64,000 bases of DNA, from the NCBI GenBank assembly GCA_903813345.2, contig CAIIXF020000001.1, positions 2,170,001 through 2,234,000 on the forward strand. Reading direction: 5' to 3'. Below the pieces are notes generated by a model. That model was not told the origin of the DNA and searched no databases. It saw only the letters and a list, made by a program, of their open reading frames with translations. The position numbers and the translations under genes are program-made. Positions 1 through 12,400 of the stretch are shown piece after piece; the first letter of the stretch is position 1; each line of letters begins with the position of its first letter. Source of the stretch: Owenia fusiformis. Taxonomy: Eukaryota.

Positions 1-474
1 AGTCTCTGAGCCTCAGTTTCAACTAGACTTACGTCTGGCCAAGGTGAAATTATCCAATGATTGTTAAAATCAGTATCATTATGGACTTAAAACAGTAACT
101 ACATAACAGAACAACAAACAGTATGTTTTTTTCAGAGTATTCCATTTCTTTATTATTTTCAAAATTCCACATAATGTTGTAAACAAAGGCAATTATTTAG
201 TTTGTACAATCGATTTTGAATAGGTATATATATATGCTATTAATTAATTATAAAAAGCATCGGGCAATCCCACTAGGCACACATTAAAAATAAAGTGTCT
301 AATAATGGAATGATTTCATGTGTTTTTTTATTAATCATATTCTGTGGCTTTGTATTTTGACATCAGAAGCCAGGATTTACCATTAAAATACATATGGTGA
401 AATACTCAAGAAAGAAACAACAATAACATATTACTATTTCCCATTGACTCATTGTCTTTTTCTCTTGTTTGTAG

Positions 475-3400
475 TGGTCTTGAACTAAACTATGAGAGCT
501 GTGCAATGAAAGGCAACAACCTGGTGCTCAAAGGCATTGTGGCAATAGGCAGTGTACCAACTAACACTGGCAAGGTAAGACTTTATGTATTACAGTAAAA
601 TCTCTAATCTGATCAAATGTGAACACTTTCTTTGGTCCCAATTTATTACCCTCTATTGATTTACAAATTAAGAAACTTGGATATGTGAAAACCTGCTAAT
701 CTGAATGTTTAACAGCCATTTTGGAATTGAACAGGTTTTACGGTACATCACATTGAACATAATAGCATATGGCATTATCGTATTATTACATGGTGTCACT
801 AAATTGAAGTTTCTAAGCATGATCAAAGAACAAAAATCATAACATTATTATTATTGAATATAATGAATCACAGGTTGATTATTATTGAATGATATGATAA
901 CTCTAGTATCAGTCAGGTATTCCCTCTTAAAAATAAGAAATAAAAAAGGTCATAAATGAATAAATTAACTCAGTTTCTCAAATTCTGATTCTACTTTACC
1001 AATAACCTGTTGTAGAATTTCACACTAGAAGTAAAGATTGCTGGACTAGAGTTCCCCACCCAGACATTGAAGATCAGAATGTTACCTGGTAAGTAAAATT
1101 TTACTTTTGAGTTTAATAATAAATGTTACCTAGGAGGTTTAATAGAAAATGTGACCTGGTGAGATCAATAATAATGTAACCTGGTAAGTAAATTTTACCT
1201 GATCATTTTGATAATAAAAAGTGCTTGTCGCTTTTTTATTTACCTACTTTTGAGAAATATTCCTCTATCAATTATTAGTTGCATAACTTTTATCCTTTTA
1301 TCGATTTGTAATCTCAAATCATCAATCTTTGATTCAATATTGCACAATCTTATGCTCGAGAAGGAATTTTCAATATGGCTGCTCAGTTCCAAAAGGCTGC
1401 CATTTTTCATAAAAGATGTAATCTTTGATAACTCAAATATCAGTTGATGGATGTGACTCGTATTTTACATGTCGGTACCTAGAGACAAAAGAGCCATGCC
1501 CAAGAAGAAATTTTCAAGATGGCTCCTGAATTTCAAAATAGCTGCCATTTTTGTAAAAATTGTAATCTTTGATAACTCAACTTCAGCAGAAGGATTTTTA
1601 TGATGCCTACAGACTAGGGACAAAGGAAGTCAAGAAGAATTTTTCAAGATGGCTACTGCCTTTCAAAATGTTTCATAAATAATTTTGATATTTTGGTTCA
1701 AATTTTATATACTGATGCCTGAGGGTCATATAAACTCTATTTACAAAGTAATTTTCAAGATGACCATTCAATTCAAAATGACAGCCATATTTCATAAAAA
1801 GATAAAATCTTTGGTACCCTGATTTGACGAATTTGATTCAAATTTTCATAAAAAAACCCAGCTTTGAATACCAGTTAAAGGATTAGGTGCAATTTAATGC
1901 TTCATGGTTATTAGACCTTTGCTGAAGAATGAATTTGATACATGGCTTCCCATCATGTCATGAGTGTAGAATTTGCCAAAAGGAGACAATATTGCTCATT
2001 TATTTTCTGGTCAGGGAGCATTTCAAAAGATCAATGCCAGAAAATTTAATTTAATTGAACAGTTAGGGAGGAGGGGGTTATTAAAGGATGTATATAACTA
2101 TCTAGGCCTTAGAAAACGTTAAAAATGACTTTTTGAGGATAATCATCAATTTGATTCCTATTAATTAACTAAATCTAATAAATGCACTTTCAATTTTCAA
2201 GTATGTCAAGGTGCCCTAATGACGAAAGTGAAAGTGTTTGGCCGTTGTCAGGAATCCTCCAAAACAAATGTCACAATGAATGTCGTCATATCATCCAACA
2301 TATATTGATGACGTAATACTCGCAGCCCGCTTTTGTGGAAATCCAATGTAATATGACGTCATTTCCGTAACGACGATATATTTGGAGAAACCTCCCAACT
2401 CTTAATGGATTCCCCAAATTATTTTACATTTATAATGAAATGTTCAAAATGAACCCTAACTAGGGTATAATAAACGTTCTATCATATTGCAATCGATTCG
2501 TCATATTTAATATTAATATATGATAATAAAAATGCATTATGCTTTCAAGTAATAAGCCCAAAAACGGAAATGTTATTGTATTTGATTTAAAGCAGAACTA
2601 ATGGTTGGCGCTCTGTTCATCTCAATATGTAGCTTTATGTGTAATTGATGAAATAAAACTAAAACTTTTTAAAAAATATATTAGGTTAAGTGATCATATT
2701 TAAAATAATAGTATCAATTGACCCACTGACATAGTTGATGAAGATAGCCATTTTGCATCAAGGCCACCGGAAGTGTGACGTCATATCGACGTTGGTCGCT
2801 ATATTGTAACCCAAAAGATGGTAAAATATGCCCCACAACATATTTTGACAAACTCAATAATTGACTAACTCGCTTTATTTAAACATATTCATTCATTCCA
2901 GACAAAATTCAAATAGTTTTGGTAGTGTAATACAGCTTTAATAAGCCGATAAATACAAAATAGTGTCACAGTTTGACCCCCGAACTTGAAGAGACTTTTA
3001 ATGAAAAAAACATCAGAGATTGTTGGTTAATTTATGATGTTCAATGACTTATTAATAGGATAGTTTCTAAATAGCAGAAAAATCAATGAAATCTTGTGCT
3101 GCCATCTTTTATTCAGCTTTTAATTTGAGCTAGAGTTCCATTCACTTACATGCTAAAATCTTGGAAAAGTGGCTTCATTTCATGATTTATCAAAGTGTTA
3201 TTTGAATCTGTATAAAACTTGAATGATATACTTCATGATGACCCTGTTTATGTACATGTTGTGATTAAACATGTAAATGTTGATTGACATACAAATAATC
3301 CAAGGTTTTAAAGAATTTTAGCATTGCATCTATGGATATTTGGCCCAAGTTTTTTTTAAATTGTCATAGAAAATTATTCAAATTACATAACTGTGTAAAT

Positions 3401-6400
3401 CAAAGCTATTATAGGAGAAAACATTTGACTGAATTCAAATATGCCATTTAAAAGAAGGTAATGTAAGTCATTAGAGGTCTAATATGCAAGTCTCTTAAAA
3501 TCTCACGAAAAACTAGATTTAGCGAGATTTCAAAAGCTATATGGAAACTATACTATTGATAATAGTGGCATATTACCACTTTACATCCAGTCATTTATGT
3601 ACTGTGTATGTCTTTTTACTGTATTTTAATGATTTCTTACCATATATAGGATGAATTTTGATGTTAACAGCAATATTTGAAAAAAGGGAAGCCCATCTTC
3701 AATTCTGCTCAATTACTTTGGCAACTTCCGGCCTATGTTTTCGTGAATTTTTCAATCAGTTTTTCTTTTCCTGAGTTCAATTGAGAAGTATTACCTTTTA
3801 AAATTAATACACTGAAGTGTAAAAATGATGAACTCTCAAAAAATAAAACCCAGTTTTTTCAATTCTTAATTTCATGTCATTGTTTCTAACAAGTCACCCC
3901 TTTCTTTCTTTTCATATATTTTGTCAAGTCAAAATCGGAGTTTAATAACCTGGTTTCTTTACAAGCTATGCTTATGTAAGTATCAAATAACATGAAAAAT
4001 GTTAAACCTCACATCTTACATTGATTTGATGTGAAATAGTGATCATTGACATGATTGTTCGGCTGTTATGTTTGGATCTTTTAATTTTATTTTACCAGAT
4101 TTCTTTTTTTCTCATAGTCAAACTTGATCCTTGATCTCTGTCGATGTGACGTCACTCATTAATTATGCACGCATGCACAGTACAATAAAGAAGGCAATAT
4201 GGCAACTAACACAATTCTGAGCCAGAGTTGATATCTCCAAATTGAAATGAATATGTTTGTTTATGCATCTATCGAGGACATATGTAACCCAACTAATCTT
4301 TTTAATGATATACTTAATATTTCAATGAATTATACTTACTTTGTGAGCTTATTATCCCTTTAAGGTGGGCCCCTCGTTAAATACACTGGACGAAATGTTC
4401 TGAAAATTGCTAAAAGTAGAGGTCATTGTAACAGCTCCCACTCCGTCAATATTTTTTGAATTTACATTTTCTTCATATGGAATGAAAGATGAATATCTAC
4501 TCTAAATGTAATGAAAAGTATTATACATACATGGCAACATGCTGAATTAAGGCTTTGAAAAGGTGTCAAAAACTCTTTCATAGTTATATACAACCTTTAA
4601 CCTTAAAAGTTATCTTTCCAACATTGAATAATTGACTGCATTACATATTGTGTTAGATATAGTGTGACCAATGAAATAATGCAGATCAACATTTCTCAAA
4701 CACAATTATGATGGGGAGGGAGGGTGGTCACATATGAACTGTTCAAATACAGTTAGGAATACAACATTGAACTTTGAGATGTTTTCTTAGTTCCTTATTT
4801 CTACCATGTAATGTTCAAAATCATAGCACAATATGTTTATTAAAATATGTTTGGTTGGATTTGCTACTCTGGAGTTGCTGTTTAGTAGTTGTAACAATAT
4901 GGATTGCTACAATTTATCATTATGTATAATAGGATATTATTAGTACTGATGCCCTTTTAGGGCCAACCGTACATCTGATATATGATAATATATATCTGCT
5001 AAATGATACAATATGGATTGCTACAATATATCATTATGTATAATAGGATATTATTAGTACTGATGCCCTTTTAGGGCCAACCGTACATCTGATATATGAT
5101 AATATATATCTGCTTAAATGATACAATATGGATTGCTACAATTTATCTGCTTAAATGATACAATATGGATTGCTACAATATATCTACTTAAATGATACAA
5201 TATGGATTGCTACAATTTATCTGCTTAAATGATACAATATGGATTGCTACAATTTATCTGCTTAAATGATACAATATGGATTGCTATAATATATCCGCTA
5301 AATGATACAATATGGATTGCTACAATTTATCTGCTTAAATGATACAATATGAATTGCTACAAGATATCTGCTTAAATGATACAATATGGATTGCCACAAT
5401 AATAATAACTAGACTTTGGAAATTGAGCAAGTTCAATTTCAGACTCCAGATTATGACCTTTTTTAGCCAAGTCATCCAGAATAAGCCGAGTCATCCAGAA
5501 TAAGCTGAGTCATCCAAAAAAAGATGGATGAATAAAATAGGAAGGTAGGATAGGATAGAATAGGAAGGAACGATAGGATAGAATAAGAAAGAAGGATAGG
5601 ATAGAATAAGAAGAAAGGATATGATAGGATAGGATAGGAAGGAAAAGATACGAAGGAAGGATAGATAGGAAGGATAGGATCAGATAGGAAGGATGGATGA
5701 ATTTTTCAATATTTTCTTCTCTACTCTTGACTTTCTATCAGGATACCATCAGATCGGTTTCAAAACGCCATAACTTCCAAACCGGCAGTCAGATCCAAAT
5801 TTGGTTTGCAGATTCGGATTCCTGACAAAATTCTACCCCTGATTCAAAACTCATACGTTAAATTTAGAAACTTTTTATTTTGACCTACTTTTTGGACACG
5901 CCATAACTTCCGAACCGGAAGTCGGATCGAAATTTGAATTGCAGATTCGGATTCCTGACAAAATTCTACACCTAATTCATAACTCATACTTTAAATTTTG
6001 AGATTTTTTTATTTTGACCTACTTTTCGGACACCATATCTCAAAAGTGGGTCAAAATACTTTCTGATTGTAAAAGGCTAATACTATTAGCACACTCTTGG
6101 CTACATGTATACACAATTTCGAAGAATATTATTGAAGTGTAGTGTCAGAAACGCAAAAATAAGGAAAACCTTTGAATTTGACCTAGATTTTGACCTAGGC
6201 ATTTTGGTGTCCAAATTTTGAAACTAACTGGCTTTTGAGGTCCCCTTCTTTTGAAGGCTTTCATTAAATTAAGCTGAACTCAGTCTATATTTCGTATTTC
6301 TCACTTCCAAAAAATCTTTTTTTCCATTGACTTAACATGGGCACCAAATTTAGCGATTTTTGAGCTTTTAAAACGCCATAACTTCCGAACCGGAAGTCGG

Positions 6401-9400
6401 ATCGAAATTTGGTTTGCAGATTCGGATTCCTGAAAAAATTCTACCCCTAATTGATAACTCATACCTTGAATTTGGAGAACTTTTTATTTTGACATACTTT
6501 CTGGATGCCATATTTCAAAATCGGTAAGAGTAATCAAAAAACGGATGGCACTTACATGAAAGGGCTGTTTCTAAGCTACATGATGAAAAAAAGATGAAGA
6601 CGTTTCGATAAATAACGACTAAGATAATAGACAGAAGGTTGAAAATGTAAGATTTGACCCAGTTCTAGGATAGGATAGGATATAGAATAGGAAGGAAGGA
6701 TAGGATAGGAAGGAAGGATAGATAGGAAGGATATGATCAGACAGGATAGGAAGGAAGGATGGATGATTTTTTCTATATTTTCTTCGCTACTCTTGACTTT
6801 CTATAAGGATATCATCAGATCGATTTTTCTCGAAATTTCAAAACGCCATTACTTTCGAACCGGAAGTCGGATCGAAATTTGGTTTGCAGATTCGGATTCC
6901 TGAGAAAATTCTACCCTAAAGTCATAACTCATATGTTAAATTTGGAGAACTTTTTATTGTGACCTACTTTCTGGACGCCATATTTCAAAATCGGTAAGCG
7001 TAATCAAAAATCTAATGTCATATCTTTGCTTTGGGTTTTTCTAAGCTACATGATTTAAAAAAGATTTAGGAGTTACGATAAACAACGACGAAGATAAATG
7101 AAAGAATGTTGAAAATGTAAGATTTGACCTAGGACTTGACCTTTGACCTAGATAAAAATTTGACCCAATTTCCGAGAAACTAGATCTAGGACCTAAATGG
7201 ACCATATATAAGACTTGACTCAATATCTTCTAGTTAACGAGAAAACTGGGAAAGAATAATAAACAAAGAATAATAACTAGACTTTGGAAATTGAACGAAG
7301 TTCAATTTCAGACTCCAGATCTAGACTTTTTTAAGCCCAGTCAACTAAAATAAGCCGAGTCATCCAGAATAAGCTGAGTCATCCAGAATAAGATGGATGG
7401 ATAAAATAGGAAGGTAGGATAGGATAGAATGGGAAGGAACGATAGGATAGAATAAAAAAGAAGAATAGGATAGAACAGAATAGGAAGAAAGGATATGATA
7501 GGAGAGGATAGGAAGGATAGGAAGGAAAGGATACGAAGGAAGGATAGATAGGAAGGATAGGATAGGATCAGATAGGAAGGATGGATGAATTTTTCAATAT
7601 TTTCTTCTCTACTCTTGACTTTCTATCAGGATACCATCAGATCGATTTTCCGAAATTTCAAAACGCCATAACTTCCGAACCGGAAGTCGGATCTAAATTT
7701 GATTTAAAGTTTCGGATTCCTGACAAAATTCTACCCCTAATTCATAACTCATACGTTAAATTTGGCGAATTTTTATTTTGACCTACTTTTTGGACACGCC
7801 ATTACTTCGGAACCAGAAGTCGGATCGAAATTTGGTTTGCAGACTCGAATTCCTGAGAAAATTCTACCCTTAATTCATAACTCATATGTTAAATTTGGAG
7901 AACTTTTTTCTTTGACCTACTTTTCGGACACCATATCTTAAAAGTGGGTCGAAATACTTTCTGACGGCAAAAGGCTAACACTATTAGCACACTCTTTCCT
8001 ACCTGTATACAAAATTTTGAAGCAAATCATTTAAATATAGTGTCAGAATCGCAAAAATAAGGAAAAACTATGAATTTGACCTAGATTTTGACCTAGGGAT
8101 TTTGGTGTCCAAATTTTGAAGTTGGCTAGCCTTCTAGGTCCCCTTCTTTCATAGGCTTTCATTATTTTAAGCTGTACTTAGTCTATATCTCGTATTTTAC
8201 ACTTCAAAAAAATCTTTTATCCCATTGACATAACATGGGGCACCAAATTTAGCGATTTTTGAGCTTTCAAAATGTCATAACTTCCGAACCAGAAGTCGGA
8301 TCGAAATTTGGTTTGCAGATTCGGATTCCTGAGAAAATTCTATACTTAATTCATAACTCAAACGTTAAATTTGGAGAATTTTTTATTTTGACCTACTTTT
8401 CGGACACCATATCCCAAAAGTGGGTCAAAATACTTTCTGATGGCAAAAGGCTAACACTATAAGCACACTCTTGGCTACATGTATACCAAATTTCTAAGAA
8501 TATAATTAATCTGTAGTGTAGTGGCGGAAAGGGTTATTTTTCTATTTTAAAGAACCTTACGGGCAATAAAAGCTGCAAATCGCGAATTCCAGTTCTGATT
8601 GACAGAAATGGCATCCCATCAACTCTTAGTAAAGATAAGGCCAATATTCTTTTAAGACACTTTATTAATAAATATCATATAGAAGAAGAGCTTCCAAATA
8701 TTGCCTTTCCCACTCGATGCAATGCACTCCTCAATCCCATAACAACCACCCGAGATGAGATACTTAAGATTCTAACGGGATTAAATGTATCAAAAGCACC
8801 GGGGCCTGATGTGATAAACAATAATATGATGAAAATAGCTGCGCCTGAACTATCAATAATCTTATCTAAGTTTTTTAATAAAATATTTTTGTGCAAAACT
8901 TTTCCTCTATCGTGGAAAATTGGCAATATAATACCAGTCCACAAGAAAAAATCAAAATCTGATGCTGCTAATTACCGACCTATCACGCTCTTAAGTTCAA
9001 TGTCAAAAGTGTTTGAACGCGTTATCTTCAACCGGCTCTTTCAACACTGTATAGAAAATCATACCCTATATAGCCTTCAAAGTGGGTTTCTACCAGGGCA
9101 TAGCTGTGAACGCCAGTTAATTTCTATAATTGATTACATAACTTCCTGTATAGACAATGGTGATGAAGTATCTGGTGTGTTCTTAGATATTTCTGCGGCA
9201 TTCGATACAATGCCTCATAAATATATTATTACAAAATTGAAAAGCTATGGTTTTGGCCCCAATACAATTGATCTTTTATCATCTTATTTGTCAAATAGGA
9301 AAGTTCGCGTATTGGTCGACGGTCACGAATCTAACTACTCAGCTGATTCTTATATAAATGCAGGAGTGCCACAAGGGTCGATATTAGGTCCCCTTATGTT

Positions 9401-12400
9401 TCTACTGTACATCAATGATATGCCAGACAAGTTAACAAATACATCCTTTCTTTATGCCGACGACACGTCCATTTATTGTCCATATAATAAAGATAATCTA
9501 ATTGATAAAATGACAACTCTTCAAGAAGACATGGATATTATTAATGACTGGTCAAACCTATGGCATCTCAATTTCAATGCAACTAAGAGTGCCCATCTGA
9601 TATTTCATGGAAGAAAAATAATTGAAAACATTTATCCTCTTCATTTGGGAAATACGCGTATACCTAAGTATGATCACCATAAGCACCTTGGACTTATATT
9701 AGACGGAAATCTAAAATTTAGCCATCACATTACTGAAATCTCGAAGCGCATTGACAAATTAATCAATCCCCTGAAAGCCTTAAAATCAAAACTTAATGGT
9801 ATCCACCTATTAAACATCTACAATACATACATAAGGCCACACTTTGAATTTTGTGATATAATCTATGGCTGCCCAAATATAAACAAATTAAAATCCCTTG
9901 ACTCACTAATGTACAAAGCTGGTATTATTATATCCGGTACCATCTCAGGATCTAGCTCAGCCAAAGTCCTCAAGTGCCTAAACTGGTTACCGCTCGAAAC
10001 TAGAAGATTCCACCGCCGCATGAACATGATGTATAGTGTCACAAATGGAAATAGTCCAAATTATATACTTGACATCTTCAGAAAGTTCCAACGTCCTGAC
10101 AATAGACGCGTTCTTCGCAACAAACCATCATATATCCTCCCCACAAAACGTGCTATTATTAAATCAAAATCATGTGTTTACAGAAGTATAAAAGAATGGA
10201 ATGATCTACCTCTGAAAATTAACACACTTGATACATTTAAACGTAAAATGGCCTCCAAATCACTACCAACTCCTATAATAGCAAGTTTTTCATTAAATCT
10301 TACCAGACATCGGGAAAAACTCTTGAACCAACTCCGATGCGACCTAGTCCTCAAAGCGCAACTACACTCACACAATTTTAACAATGTTAATTCCCCAATG
10401 TGCGCTTGCGAACTAGAATCAGAAACACTCAACCATTTTCTTTTCAGATGCCCCCTCCATGTAGATGATTTCAAGTTGCTTAACGATAAAATAACACGTG
10501 AAAATCCAATGATAAAGTTTAACTCTCTAACTCGAGCCAATAAGGCTAACACTTTACTATTTGGTCATCATCTCTGTAATAAAAATGAAAATTCACGTAT
10601 CATCAAATCATTTGCTGAATATCTAGACATAGCATTTTCTAACCGCTGAGTCATTCTTTAGAGCACCACCAACATGCTACTAGTCGTGCGAGCCCCACTT
10701 GGCTGTATACCTTCAACTATGTAACACCGATGTACGTCAACTCCTATATTTCTGTAAAAATGGCTCATAATGTCAAGTTGACCGAGCCACTGACTTAAAT
10801 ACTAAATAAATAAAAAAAATCAAAAAAATCTGTAGTGTCAGAATCTCAAAAATAAGGAAAAACTTTGAATTTGACCTAGATTTTGACCTAGGCATTTTGG
10901 TGTCCAAATTTTTATGAAAAGAAGGTTTTGAGGTCCCTTTCTTCTATGGGCTTCCATTATGTTTAGCTGTTCTTAGTCTATATCTCGTATTTTATACTTC
11001 AAAAAAATATTTTTTCCCATTGAATTAACATGGGGCACCAAATTTAACGATTTTTGAATTTTCACAACGCCATAACTTCTGAACCGGAAGTCAGATCGAA
11101 ATTTGGTTTTCAGATTCGGAATCCTGAGAAAATTTCCTATAAGACTGATATCCTGGACATTGGATTCGGAGAACTTTTTTTGGACCTCGTTTTCGGGCAC
11201 TGATATCTCGAAATCGGTTTGAGATACCAAAAAACTAAATCGACCCTAGATTTTCTACATTTTTATGAGGAACACAATGAAAAAAACCCGGATCCAAAAT
11301 ATTGAAGGACGACCGAGAAAATCGAAAAAAGTGACAAAGTACTGGATTTGACCTAGTTCTTGACCTTTGACCTAGATAAAAAATTGACCCAATTTCCCAC
11401 CAACTAGATACTGAACCTAAATAAACTGTATTATGGTCCTTACTGGATACCTCATAGTTATTGAAAAAACTCCTAAAGAATAATAAGAATAAGAAGAATA
11501 CTGGCAAAAACAATAGACTCCAGATTGACATCTGGAGTCTAATAATAAAGAATACTGGCAAAAACAATAGACTCCAGATTGACATCTGGAGTCTAATAAT
11601 AATAATATATATTTCATTTTTTAGTCGATTTTTACAATAACATACAGTTTTTATGGAAAAATAATGAAAATGCAATGACACTTAAAATAAGTGTATTAAA
11701 TTACACAATAGTTTTAATAAATGTTTATTGGAAATAGAAAAGGTACAAAAGAAAAAGAAAAAGGGAGTCATTTGAAGGGAGAGTTTGCAATTATGGGTAT
11801 TCAGGTTCAATGTGTCTAATCTAACAAGAACAATAACAATAATGTATAACAATAATGTATAACAATAACAATAATGTATAACAATCATCTATGTTAGTCA
11901 ATGATGCAGTTTAACCCCTGGTTGGCCCATGTACCCCCCTAGGATGTCACCCTGCACCACTAACCAACATGTATATATATATGCATAAATGATACAATAT
12001 GGATTGCTACAATATATATGCATAAATGATACAATATGGATTCTTACAATATATCTGCTTAAATGATACAATATGGATTGCTACAAAATATCTACTTAAT
12101 TGATACAATATGGATTGCTACAATATATCTGCTTAAATGATACAATATGGATTGCTACAATATATCTGCATAAATGATACAATATGGATTGCTACAAGAT
12201 ATCTGCTAAATGATACAATATGGATTGTTGTATTGACTCTATATTCAATTGCTTCTCTAGAGAGAGCCTATGACACCCTATGCAGACAGAGCCTGTGGGA
12301 AATATTGGGTGCGGAGCAAATGAGCGGAGGGTGCGGAGCTAACGGTCATTTTTGAATTTAAAGGACGGGTGTCATTAAGGGCCCTTTTTAGCCCCCAAAG

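Larger units (their letters stand above)
5409..11594 (-). mobile_element. Two head-to-tail non-autonomous Helentron-like (HINE/DINE-1-type) elements; the second is interrupted by the LINE
   Basis: Terminal CTAG with an adjacent hairpin (gaaattga..tcaatttc) and subTIR agactccaga at 5409-5450 and 7277-7319. Palindrome agactccagat-tgac-atctggagtct at the other end (11515-11540, duplicated at 11569-11594). GGATA/GGAA microsatellites and internal repeated units containing ccggaagtcggatcgaaatttggtttgcagattcggattcc. Confidence 0.7.

Noticed and set aside
1-43. Possible SMCHD1 exon end (VSEPQFQLDLRLAK|gt)
   Set aside because: The only open frame ends in phase 0, but exon 475 needs a phase-2 donor, and the peptide is not recognisably SMCHD1.
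2081-4363. Possible TTAA-flanked Kolobok-like element
   Set aside because: The termini match too poorly to define boundaries, and no coding remnant was found.
7041-8462. Short ORFs with repeated peptide ([15 protein letters not shown])
   Set aside because: Translations of non-coding core repeats of the Helentron-like element.
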